From assembly GCA_964567825.1 (NCBI GenBank), contig CAZMNX010000001.1, forward strand, positions 34,775-98,774: a stretch of DNA of 64,000 nucleotides. Reading direction: 5' to 3'. Made by a program: the position numbers and the translations under genes. The stretch comes from an uncultured Candidatus Saccharibacteria bacterium (GTDB lineage: Bacteria > Patescibacteriota > Minisyncoccia > Phycocordibacterales > GWA1-40-21). Positions 47,906-57,131 of the stretch are shown in pieces. The notes beneath the pieces are model-generated. The model was not told the DNA's origin, ran no database searches, and saw nothing but the letters and a program-made list of their open reading frames with translations. Within the stretch, counting starts at the first letter, position 1. Each line of letters starts with the position of its first letter.

Positions 47906-48988
47906 ATGAATAAAACATATAAAATAGCGTTGGCGATTGTAGTCTTGATACTTATTGGATCTGCTTTATTTTGGAACGCGGGCCATAAAAGCAATAATGT
48001 GGCGGTTGGTGCCATATTATCTCTAACTGGTCCGGCTCAATATTTTGGTGAGGAAACCAAAAAGGGCATGGATTTGGCTAACCAGGACGGCGCGGTGAAT
48101 TTTGTTTACGAGGATAGCCGATCGGATGCAACTACGGCGGTCTCGGCTTATAACAAACTTAAATCACAGAATATTAAGGCCGTAGTCCTATCGCTGAGCA
48201 ATGTGGCCGAAGTGGTTGTTCCCCTAACCGAAAAAGATCAGATATTTTCTGTACAAAATCTTGTCTCGGCTAGAAAGGTTCAGGGTGATATGTCGGTACG
48301 GTTTTTCACCTCGGCTGAACAAGAAGCGCCAATCATGGCAAATTTTGCGGCGAGTAACCTGAAATTAAATAGGGTTGCGATATTAGCCAGCACCGATGCC
48401 TACGGTAAGACTTACGCTGAAGTCTTCAAAACTACTTTTGAAAATTTTGGTGGTCAGGTCGTCATAAATGAAAGTTATGACAAGAAAGACCAAGATTTCA
48501 AAACCCAGCTGGCAAAAATAAAGATTTCTGATGCCGAAGGTGTCTATATCATTGGTCTTGATACTCATTTGGTCAGTATATTCAAGCAAATGAATGAGCT
48601 TGGATTAAAACAAATTAAAATGACTAATTGGATAATGGCCTCTCCAGGCGTTCAGGCCAAAGTCGGGGCTAATAGTGAAGGTGTGTATATGACGACCCCA
48701 GATTACTATATTGCCGGCAATAAAAAAGTGGCTGATTTTACCGAAGCTTATCAGAAGAAATATGGAACGCTCCCAAGTGCTTACTCGGCTATCGGTTACG
48801 ATACAACTAGTTTGTTTAGGGAAGCAGTAAAGGGCGCAAAAAGCTCTCAGGATATTCAGAATAATTTCAAAAATATCAAGAACTTTGACGGCTTGATGGG
48901 TAAATTAAATGTAAATGAAAAGGGAGAAATAACCATTCCGCTTATTCCAGCCAAGATGGAAGGTGGAAAGATGGTTGTGATAAAATAA
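47906..48988 (+). CDS. Liv-type ABC substrate-binding protein (module 6)
   Basis: VAVGAILSLTGPAQYFGEETKKGMDLANQ. Confidence 0.7.
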   Translation: MNKTYKIALAIVVLILIGSALFWNAGHKSNNVAVGAILSLTGPAQYFGEETKKGMDLANQDGAVNFVYEDSRSDATTAVSAYNKLKSQNIKAVVLSLSNVAEVVVPLTEKDQIFSVQNLVSARKVQGDMSVRFFTSAEQEAPIMANFAASNLKLNRVAILASTDAYGKTYAEVFKTTFENFGGQVVINESYDKKDQDFKTQLAKIKISDAEGVYIIGLDTHLVSIFKQMNELGLKQIKMTNWIMASPGVQAKVGANSEGVYMTTPDYYIAGNKKVADFTEAYQKKYGTLPSAYSAIGYDTTSLFREAVKGAKSSQDIQNNFKNIKNFDGLMGKLNVNEKGEITIPLIPAKMEGGKMVVIK

Positions 48989-49008
48989 GTATCTTCACAA
49001 ATAAAATA

Positions 49009-49043
49009 ACAAAAAACTAGCCTGTAATGTGGGCTAGTTTTTT
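49009..49043. terminator. bidirectional rho-independent terminator (AAAAAACTAGCC-TGTAATGTG-GGCTAGTTTTTTG)
   Basis: Perfect stem with A6/T6 flanks, between the convergent SBP6 and SBP7 genes. Confidence 0.7.
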
Positions 49044-49069
49044 GTTATCTTAGATCCTATTAAACGCTA

Positions 49070-50200
49070 TTACTCCCCCAACTTCACAAACTGACCGTCT
49101 TTTACCGTCTTCATAAAGATGTTTCTGGTCACGTCTCCGTTTTGATCAAAACTAAATTTACCAGAAGCACCGTCGAAATCTTTTATTCCGAGGAGAGCTT
49201 GTTTAATTTTGTCAGTATCAGTTGCTCCAGCCTCATCTATTGCCAAAGCTATAACTTTAAGAATGTCGTGTCCAGAAGCGACGAAAAAGTCCGCTGTTTT
49301 ACCCGCACCACGTACTCGATCTGCAAAACCTTTTGAAATTACGGAATCAGACTCGTTATACATGAATGGGTAAATTATTCCCTCGATCTCTTTTGGATAT
49401 TGTTTGAGCAAGGCACCGTTTTCTGTCGCCCAAGTAGAAACATATTGAGCCTTAATACCTAGCTGATTAGCCTGAGAAATCAAAAGTCCGATAGAAGGCC
49501 CAGAGTTATGAATATCAAAAATAACATCTGGGTTTTTTGGTTTAATTCTTGTCAGCTCGGTGCGCACATCCAAACCAGGCGAGGCAAATTGCTCATCCGC
49601 CACCACCTGGCCACCAAGCTTCTCAAACTCCGCTTTAAAATCGGTATAATGTTCTTGAGTAAAAGCCGCGGTTACCCTAGCAAAAGCCACGGTCTCTACC
49701 CCACTCTCCTTTAGATAGGAAGCTAAAGGTTTAACAAGTTCTGCCGTTGTGGGTATTAACCTAAACATATAGTCGTCCTTAGTAAAGACATCTAGAGATG
49801 AGTTTGGCGAAATTACAATAATTTTCTTTTCGGTAGTATAAGGCAATATTGTCAAAGTGGTTCCATTCCAGGAATCACCGATAATCACCTTCACACCATC
49901 AACGTCTATCAGTTTTTTAGCAACGGTCAGCGCAGTGGTATTATCGGTTTTACTATCCTCAATAATCAAACTAACTTTTTGACCATCAATACCGCCATTA
50001 GCGTTTATACCAGCCAAGGCTAATTGCAAACCATTCACCAATTGCTCGCCAAAATAAGCTCCTGGGCCAGTCAGAGAGGCAATAACACCAATCTTTAACT
50101 CACCCTTATTACTTGGCTTATTAAATAAGCCAAGACCAATGATAGCAATGACCACCAGCACTATTCCTAATATTAACCATTTCTTATTCTTATTTTCCAT
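49070..50200 (-). CDS. Liv-type ABC substrate-binding protein (module 7)
   Basis: LKIGVIASLTGPGAYFGEQLVNGLQLALAGINANGGIDG. Confidence 0.7.
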   Translation of the reverse strand: MENKNKKWLILGIVLVVIAIIGLGLFNKPSNKGELKIGVIASLTGPGAYFGEQLVNGLQLALAGINANGGIDGQKVSLIIEDSKTDNTTALTVAKKLIDVDGVKVIIGDSWNGTTLTILPYTTEKKIIVISPNSSLDVFTKDDYMFRLIPTTAELVKPLASYLKESGVETVAFARVTAAFTQEHYTDFKAEFEKLGGQVVADEQFASPGLDVRTELTRIKPKNPDVIFDIHNSGPSIGLLISQANQLGIKAQYVSTWATENGALLKQYPKEIEGIIYPFMYNESDSVISKGFADRVRGAGKTADFFVASGHDILKVIALAIDEAGATDTDKIKQALLGIKDFDGASGKFSFDQNGDVTRNIFMKTVKDGQFVKLGE

Positions 50201-50372
50201 GTAATTTATAAATCTTAATTAATAACAACCCTCGACATAGATAAGGATACCATGTTATAATATATTAGTCACATTTGTCTTTACACAAATTGAAGCTTGC
50301 AAAAAAGCCTTTTGTAATATAGACTTATTTAGTCGATATTTTGTCTTTTATTTCCGACATATCCAAGAAAAA

Positions 50373-51119
50373 ATGCAAATAAACAAATATAAAAATGCCC
50401 TGATTGGCTTTGGTCTTAAAGAAAACGAGGCAGATGTTTATGTTACAGCCCTCAAATTAGGCCCCACCCCCATCCTCCCCATCGCCCGAGAGACCGGCAT
50501 AAGACGAACTACCGTGTATGAAATAATAAAGTCTTTGATTGCTAAAGGACTGATCACCGCCGAACTTAAGGGGTTCAAGAAACTTTTCTGTGCTACTCAC
50601 CCCAAAAATTTGATCTCTATTTTTGAAAATAAAAGAGAAACACTAGAAACAGTGATCCCAAGCCTAACTACCCTTTACAAGACTCAAGGCAATACTGATT
50701 CAATTAAAACTTATGAAAGCCTCGAGTCTATAAAGTCACTCTATTCGGAAATACTGGACAATTTTCGTTCTGGTGATTTTTGTTATGTAATTGGTGATAC
50801 TGACAAATTTATCCAGAACGACCCTAAATTTTTCATGAAATATGTCGAGGAGAGGGCGAAGAAAAATATTGATATCAAACTTATCCTATCAGACAGTGAA
50901 ATGTCTATCGAAAGAAAGAAGTATGCGAAAAATTTTAATTCGCAAATAAGGCTTTTACCCAAAAATACTGTTCTGTCAGCAAATTTTACGGTGACAAAAA
51001 ACCTTCTTTTGACCCAAGCTGTTGGTGGGGGTCAGTTGGCAGTGACTATTAATAATCAAGAAATTATAAATCTCCAAAAGAACCTTTTTGAGGTCCTTTG
51101 GAATTCCTTGCCAGAATAA
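50373..51119 (+). CDS. TrmB-family transcriptional regulator (module 7)
   Basis: GLKENEADVYVTALKLGPTPILPIARETGIRRTTVYEIIKSLIAKGLI. Confidence 0.65.
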   Translation: MQINKYKNALIGFGLKENEADVYVTALKLGPTPILPIARETGIRRTTVYEIIKSLIAKGLITAELKGFKKLFCATHPKNLISIFENKRETLETVIPSLTTLYKTQGNTDSIKTYESLESIKSLYSEILDNFRSGDFCYVIGDTDKFIQNDPKFFMKYVEERAKKNIDIKLILSDSEMSIERKKYAKNFNSQIRLLPKNTVLSANFTVTKNLLLTQAVGGGQLAVTINNQEIINLQKNLFEVLWNSLPE

Positions 51120-51120
51120 A

Positions 51121-52197
51121 CTATTTTACCTCTACGAAACCACTACCATTCCAAGTCTTAACCACCTGTTCCAAATCAAATGATCCGTCGCCCAGATATC
51201 TATATCCTCCAGATACGCCAGTAAAGTCTTGCCTCAATAGCTTCATAACCCCTGTATTTAGGCCGTCTTCTTTGATGAGGGTATTGGCAAGTTGGGTCAC
51301 AGCATCGTACAGATTATCCCCAGCTGTGGCCGGATACATATTATATTTGGCAAAATATTTATTTAGAAAATCAGCATTTTGATCTCCCACAAACAGTTGA
51401 TTATCTAGTGCACCCTCGGCAATCTTTATCTGGCCTGAAGACTCAAAATTTAAAATGCCAACTAATGGCACTTCCCAGCCAAGGTCTTGAATTTGTTTAG
51501 CAAACGAGCCGACTTGGGGCGATAAATAAACAATCACTACATCAGGTTTTGCGGATTTCAATTTGGCGATTGCTGTTCTGAAATCATTTTCGCCCTTAGC
51601 CACTGATTCATTGGCGACTATCTCATAACCAAGAGTTGGTAGCCTCTTCGCTGTTTCATCAGCGTTAGCTTTTGGTCCGTCAGCCTGATTCCAAATTATC
51701 GCTATTTTTTTGTATTTATCTTTTAGAATAAGGTTCTCTAGGGCGGTTATAAGTAACGGTGAACTTGGCACATACCTAACTACCCACTTCTTATTTAGAT
51801 TAATATCTGAGGAATTACCCAAGCCAATCATAGGAATTTCTGCCTTCTCGGCCACATACGAAGCAGCAACTGAAGCGGCTGAACTATATGTAACTAATGC
51901 TCTCACTCGATCCACCTGAATTAATTTTTGGGCGGCCGAAACGGTCAGCTTTGGATCTAGTTGATCATCCTCAAAAATAATTTCAATTTTTTCTCTCACA
52001 GCAGGAGAAAGATCAGCTAAGGCCATCTCCACCACCTTTTTACTTGCCTCTCCGGCCGCCTGAGCTGGACCGGTCAAGGGAAGAATAACGCCAATCTTTA
52101 TGGCCTCATTATTTCTGGGGTTTGAAATAGTGCCTAAATAAAACACCCCGGCAACGACCACCACCAAAATAACGACAATACTTAATGTTTTTCTCAT
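51121..52197 (-). CDS. Liv-type ABC substrate-binding protein (module 8)
   Basis: IKIGVILPLTGPAQAAGEASKKVVEMALADL. Confidence 0.7.
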   Translation of the reverse strand: MRKTLSIVVILVVVVAGVFYLGTISNPRNNEAIKIGVILPLTGPAQAAGEASKKVVEMALADLSPAVREKIEIIFEDDQLDPKLTVSAAQKLIQVDRVRALVTYSSAASVAASYVAEKAEIPMIGLGNSSDINLNKKWVVRYVPSSPLLITALENLILKDKYKKIAIIWNQADGPKANADETAKRLPTLGYEIVANESVAKGENDFRTAIAKLKSAKPDVVIVYLSPQVGSFAKQIQDLGWEVPLVGILNFESSGQIKIAEGALDNQLFVGDQNADFLNKYFAKYNMYPATAGDNLYDAVTQLANTLIKEDGLNTGVMKLLRQDFTGVSGGYRYLGDGSFDLEQVVKTWNGSGFVEVK

Positions 52198-52353
52198 ATT
52201 ATATTTTTATTATTAATAGAACGACACGTAAAGCATATCAAGTAAATAGTATTTAATCTATAATAATTAGACGATTATCTTACTTTTACCAAAAAACTCT
52301 TGCTTTACATAGTTTAAAATGCTAGAATAAGTAGTCATAAATGATGACTTTTT

Positions 52354-53127
52354 ATGCAAAATACAAAAACAATTAGTTCATTGGTAGAGCTTGGCCTAGA
52401 TAAAGAAGAGGCAGAAATATATCTATATCTCACAAAAGTGGGGTCTAATAAGAAAGAAAATACGGCTTTTGCTATCGGGAAGAACCTAGGCATACCCAGA
52501 AGCTCCGCCTATTTATATATAGAGAGGCTCATGAATAAGGACCTGGTTTCATCCTACAAAATTAACAACAAAAAACATTTCTTAGCCGAAAATCCAAACA
52601 GGATCGAAAAATCTTTAGATAAAAAGAAGGAAATTCTTGGTTCAATAGTTGCTGACATAAAAAATATGGCCGAGAGTCAGGAAAAGGATTTTTCCACAAG
52701 GGTATATCGCGGTTCCGGCAGTTTAGAGCGCGTTTATGATGAAATTTTTGACAAAAGAGAGATGGCGAAATTCAAAAATATTTATGTCTTGACCAATACC
52801 CTACTCAGCAAGCTGCTACCCAAAAACTTACCGATAGAATTAGATAAAGTAAAAAAAATAAACAACATTTACACCAAAATGATCCTTATCCCTGATAAAT
52901 CAGATCTGGGCTCCTATTTCCAAAGCGACAGTCACCGAGAAGTACGGACCTTACCAGAAGGTTCTGTCTTCAACGGTTCTATTTATATTTATGGAGACAA
53001 AATGGCCCTATTTTCTCTAGACGAAAAGGACCCACTTTCTATGATCATAGAATCCCCCACAATCGTACAGATGGTCAAATCTTTCTTTTTGTGTACTTGG
53101 GAGCTACTAGACAAAAAAGTTTCCTGA
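52354..53127 (+). CDS. TrmB-family transcriptional regulator (module 8)
   Basis: GLDKEEAEIYLYLTKVGSNKKENTAFAIGKNLGIPRSSAYLYIERLMNKDLV. Confidence 0.6.
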   Translation: MQNTKTISSLVELGLDKEEAEIYLYLTKVGSNKKENTAFAIGKNLGIPRSSAYLYIERLMNKDLVSSYKINNKKHFLAENPNRIEKSLDKKKEILGSIVADIKNMAESQEKDFSTRVYRGSGSLERVYDEIFDKREMAKFKNIYVLTNTLLSKLLPKNLPIELDKVKKINNIYTKMILIPDKSDLGSYFQSDSHREVRTLPEGSVFNGSIYIYGDKMALFSLDEKDPLSMIIESPTIVQMVKSFFLCTWELLDKKVS

Positions 53128-53179
53128 TAAGACTATGGCTACAATATCCCATCAATATAAACACTGAGTTTAAAAACTT

Positions 53180-54049
53180 CTACTTCCTCCCGAAAATTCC
53201 TCGCGCACGGAAGAGGAGAAAGATAATGAGTAAACCAAAGGCGATGGCGTCTTTCCACTCGCCGGAGATTTTCCAGATACCGAAATTTTCGACAAAACCC
53301 AGGAGAAAAGCACCGAGGATACCGCCAGACAAACTGCCGACTCCACCGATAATTGAGGCGATGACTCCTTTCAGAAGCAGGCTCATACCCATGGTTGGCT
53401 CGAGTCCGGTGTCAAAACCAGCCAAAATTCCGGCATAGCCAGCAATCGCCGAACCGACAAAGAAAATAATGCCGATTACTTTATTAGTATTGATGCCGAC
53501 GATACGAGAAACTTCTTCGTCGTCGCTGACAGCCTTGATCGATTTGCCAAACAAAGTAAATTTCAAAATAATTCCCAAGCCGATGGCGATAACAAAAACG
53601 GAAATAAACATGTAAAGCTGAATGTCGGTAATAATTCCTCCACCGATATCAAATATTTTAGAGACGCTGTTCTGGCGGCTTAAGGTTTGAAACTGGCTAG
53701 TGAATAAAATAGCGATAATAGCTTGGATAGCCGTGAGCAGGCCGAGAGAAGCGACCAGCAAAACCATATGTGAGCTTTTGCGGTTCCGTAGTTTGCGATA
53801 AACCAAAACTTCGGACAAATAACCAAGCAAACCAGCCACCAAAACTCCTAAAATAATACTGATTATAATCGGCCAACCTAAAATTTTCGTTAAAAAGAAA
53901 ACGGTATAACCGCCGGCCACCGCCAAGGCACCGTGCGCTAGATTAAAAAACTTAGTCGCACCGTAAATTAAGTTGAAACCAATCGCCACCAAAGCATATA
54001 GCGATCCGGCAATTAAGCTGTTGGCAATAAGTTGGGGTAAAATATCCAT
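53180..54049 (-). CDS. livH: branched-chain amino acid-type ABC transporter permease (LivH-like)
   Basis: ANSLIAGSLYALVAIGFNLIYGATKFFNLAHGAL N-terminus typical of LivH. Confidence 0.7.
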   Translation of the reverse strand: MDILPQLIANSLIAGSLYALVAIGFNLIYGATKFFNLAHGALAVAGGYTVFFLTKILGWPIIISIILGVLVAGLLGYLSEVLVYRKLRNRKSSHMVLLVASLGLLTAIQAIIAILFTSQFQTLSRQNSVSKIFDIGGGIITDIQLYMFISVFVIAIGLGIILKFTLFGKSIKAVSDDEEVSRIVGINTNKVIGIIFFVGSAIAGYAGILAGFDTGLEPTMGMSLLLKGVIASIIGGVGSLSGGILGAFLLGFVENFGIWKISGEWKDAIAFGLLIIFLLFRARGIFGRK

Positions 54050-54055
54050 AGAATA

Positions 54056-54529
54056 TTACATAATTGCAAGGAAACCGCCGTAGCCAATGATGACCAGTAG
54101 ATAAATCAATTTAAAGACTTTTTGAGCCCAGGAATGAGGATTACCCTTTATATTAATGGCGGTGTAGACGATCATCAAAATAGTAAACAAGGAAAAATAA
54201 CCATAGGCCAAGTTGGAATTAAATTTAGCCGCCACTAAACCAATAGCGTTTAGAACAAAAAGATTTCCGGTGGTGTTTGTAAACCAACCAAAGACATCCC
54301 AAACATAGGTGTCCTTCCAATAACCAATTTTAGAATAGGCTAAGCTGGCGACATACAATAAAGGTATAGCTAAAACCAATTGGAAAATTACTAACTCGGA
54401 AAAACGATTGGGGTCTAGAGTTATTATTAAGGTTAGGACAAAAAATAACGAACCCATCATGAAACTGTTGATGGTCACCTTATTAGCGGACTTTTGGGGA
54501 TTGGTACTAAATAATTTTATAGAAGGCAT
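54056..54529 (-). CDS. hypothetical membrane protein (4 TM)
   Basis: ORF with hydrophobic helices. Confidence 0.35.
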   Translation of the reverse strand: MPSIKLFSTNPQKSANKVTINSFMMGSLFFVLTLIITLDPNRFSELVIFQLVLAIPLLYVASLAYSKIGYWKDTYVWDVFGWFTNTTGNLFVLNAIGLVAAKFNSNLAYGYFSLFTILMIVYTAINIKGNPHSWAQKVFKLIYLLVIIGYGGFLAIM

Positions 54530-54555
54530 AATTTTCTTTATTAATAATACTTAAT

Positions 54556-55056
54556 CTAATACACGCCGAGAATTGGTAAAACTCCGAGAAAAACGATCAG
54601 AGAAATATGAACAATTTCTCTAAAAATTCTTCGTTTCAAGTTTTGGGGCTTATAGGAAACGACGATACTGGCTCTAACCAGGGTAAGTGCCGTATTGACC
54701 CCAAGAAAAACTAGGGAAATATAGACGGCCGAAATGAAAGAAAGCAAGAGGCCAATCGAGTTTATAAAAAAACCATAAGCGATAGTAAAGCTAATAAAAC
54801 CCAACTTTGTCCAACGATGAGAATCGGAATAAACCGCTTCTTTTATTCTGGCTAGCAAGCCACACATAAAAAATGGGACAGCCAAAACTAACTGTAAAGT
54901 AAAAAATGGATTGCTAGAAATTATTTCTGGTTTAATTGTAGCGACTAAACCAAAAAGGGTGATGCAGATACCGAGCAAGGTGACATCGATCAGGTTTCGA
55001 GTGTCGGTTTTAAATCTACTTCTCTCCTTCTTTTTTAAAGCATCGTCTTCTGGCAT
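54556..55056 (-). CDS. hypothetical membrane protein (4 TM)
   Basis: ORF with hydrophobic helices. Confidence 0.35.
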   Translation of the reverse strand: MPEDDALKKKERSRFKTDTRNLIDVTLLGICITLFGLVATIKPEIISSNPFFTLQLVLAVPFFMCGLLARIKEAVYSDSHRWTKLGFISFTIAYGFFINSIGLLLSFISAVYISLVFLGVNTALTLVRASIVVSYKPQNLKRRIFREIVHISLIVFLGVLPILGVY

Positions 55057-55059
55057 GGT

Positions 55060-55413
55060 TTAGCTTTGTAAATCTAAATCCTCGAATGGAGTAGCAAGAC
55101 CTTTTGGTTTAAAATCTGGCGCCACCTCTAGGGCCGCCACCATCGTCCTCCCATTTTCGATTTGTCTTTGCATTAATAAAATAGACTCGTTTAGCTCATG
55201 AATTGCCTTCTCCTGTTCTATTATAAGCTGATTGACGGTCTCGATCGCCTCAAGTCTAGATATCTCATGAATATCGTCAATACCGTCATCACAAGTATCG
55301 ATGGTTACCGTATCACCAGAATAAAGAACCTTAACGCTACCTCTCTCACTATTAGTCCTAAAAATGGCCATTTTATTTACAAATTTTTCTCCTGTTGGTG
55401 CGGCTTCGTTCAT
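55060..55413 (-). CDS. hypothetical protein (117 aa, acidic)
   Basis: ORF only. Confidence 0.3.
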   Translation of the reverse strand: MNEAAPTGEKFVNKMAIFRTNSERGSVKVLYSGDTVTIDTCDDGIDDIHEISRLEAIETVNQLIIEQEKAIHELNESILLMQRQIENGRTMVAALEVAPDFKPKGLATPFEDLDLQS

Positions 55414-55490
55414 TTTTATTTAAAATTATTCTAATAAATCAATTTTTATAACTCCATTCTACTCTCCCTGCTTTATTATGCAAATTTTAA

Positions 55491-55510
55491 AGAGCTCGAC
55501 CGAAGTCGAG
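55491..55510 (-). terminator. hairpin GCTCGAC-CGAAGT-CGAGC downstream of cassette E
   Basis: Inverted repeat followed on the minus strand by CTTTAAAATTT. Confidence 0.35.
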
Positions 55511-55583
55511 CCCTGTTGATAGTGGTTCCGGACATATCAGGTCCGTTGCAGAGTAATCTGCGTAGAAGTTAGGAAAAGGACCG

Positions 55584-56405
55584 CTAGTCCTTCATGAGGA
55601 TCTCGAGCGCCGCCGCCCAATCCTTGGTGCCGTCCGCGTTCATCGGCGCGTGCATCATGACCGTCTTCGCCCCATCGATCTTCACCGAGAAGGACGAGTA
55701 GTAGTCAAATGCCGCCGAGAACGGATCCGCGTGATGGTTCAAGTCGGTGACCACCGCAACAAACTTGGCTCCACGATGCGCCGCCTCGACCATGAGGAGA
55801 ACACCGTAGGGAACGAGCTCGCCGAGCTTGAAGTTGCTGCCCATTGTCTTGGAAGACATCGGGAGATGCAAGTCCGTGAGAACGACGTCGAACTTCTCGC
55901 TGCCGAGAGTCTTCATCGCTTCCTCGTAGCCCGTCGCCGTCGTGAGCTTCTGTCCGGCCAGGCCAGACTTCGCGCTCACGATGTGTGTGGCCGTATCGTC
56001 GATGACGAGGATGCGGAGAGCATCAGGGCGGAGAGGAACTGCTTCCTCAACCACTTTGGCCACCGGAACTTCCAGCGGTTGGAGTCTCGCACGAATCCCG
56101 TTGATGACATCAACGAGACCAACCAGGATATTCACCGTGGGGATGATCAAGCAGTTCTCGGGCAACCGCAAGCGCTCCTCACGATTCGACAGCCTGAGGC
56201 AGGCGTACGACTTCTCCTGGCTGTACCCACGCTCAATCTCACGCACGTCTGTGAAGATGACGAGATCCGCCTCGTCCACCGTTTCCACGAACACATGCGA
56301 AGTTTCGTTGCCGACGATCGGCAAGACCTGCTTGATCGAGCGTGGGAGGGGTCCGTCCTCCATCGCGAGACGAATTCGAACCGGTCGGTTTGTTGTTGTG
56401 CTCAT
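55584..56405 (-). CDS. GC-rich cassette E gene 2: unknown N-terminal domain plus C-terminal receiver (REC)-like domain
   Basis: ILVIDDTATHIVSAKSG...KFDVVLTDLHLPM...VAVVTD resembles CheY-like DD / D-phosphoacceptor / T spacing; start ATG at 56403-56405 with SD AAAGGAAAAG. Confidence 0.45.
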   Translation of the reverse strand: MSTTTNRPVRIRLAMEDGPLPRSIKQVLPIVGNETSHVFVETVDEADLVIFTDVREIERGYSQEKSYACLRLSNREERLRLPENCLIIPTVNILVGLVDVINGIRARLQPLEVPVAKVVEEAVPLRPDALRILVIDDTATHIVSAKSGLAGQKLTTATGYEEAMKTLGSEKFDVVLTDLHLPMSSKTMGSNFKLGELVPYGVLLMVEAAHRGAKFVAVVTDLNHHADPFSAAFDYYSSFSVKIDGAKTVMMHAPMNADGTKDWAAALEILMKD

Positions 56406-56557
56406 TGGCACTTTTCCTTTCTGTTGTTGTAAAGATCTTTTCCGTTTCGTCCTTTTGGACTCATCAGGTAAAGTACTCACTTTACTACGGAGGGGCATTT
56501 ACTATGGCGCCCCAGATGCCATGAAAGTTTCTTAGCACTTACAACAGATGAAGGTCC

Positions 56558-56994
56558 CTAGTCCCGCTTCGGATCGGCCCAGAAGATCGCGTAGGCGATC
56601 ATTTCCGGGGTGACGTTTGTCACCTGGCCGATCTCATCGAAGTACCACGGAGTGGCCCGATTCAGGTCCATACCATCGGTACAGACGATGAGACCGAGCT
56701 TCTGCCGACTCTCCTGGCTCATGTCCAGGGCATTCCCCGCGATCATGAGCTTCCAGCCGGTGGCCTGCAGGAAATTCTGCAGATCGCCAGCCTTGATCGG
56801 AACGACCAGCCGGCCGTCCACGTACCGAACGCACCGCTCCTGAGGAACGATGACGTCGGCGGCCGCCTGCGCCTCGCCGCATCCCGGACAGGGCTTAGCT
56901 CCGCCCACCGAGACGCGGACCAGAGCCGCCGCCAGAAACAAGCCGACCCCGACCACCGCAATCACCCACAGGGTATCGCAAATGCGCTTCATCA
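56558..56994 (-). CDS. GC-rich cassette E gene 1: membrane-anchored hypothetical protein
   Basis: MMKRICDTLWVIAVVGVGLFLAAALV TM; SD AAGGGAGAG before the ATG; GC-rich. Confidence 0.4.
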
Positions 56995-57131
56995 TGACTT
57001 TCTCTCCCTTTATTTCAATCACCTATTGATCGCGTTGTGCGACCCGGGGTAGGTGAAACCCCACTGTCTAGTATGATAGCATACTTTAGGCTAAAAGTCA
57101 AGCACTTTTTAAGGCCCTAGGGAGGGAGTGT

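Noticed and set aside
55650-56843. Plus-strand ORFs 55650..56432, 55942..56535, 56342..56524, 56610..56843 antisense to cassette E
   Set aside because: GC-rich antisense frames without SD or homolog support; the minus-strand genes have SDs and domain features.
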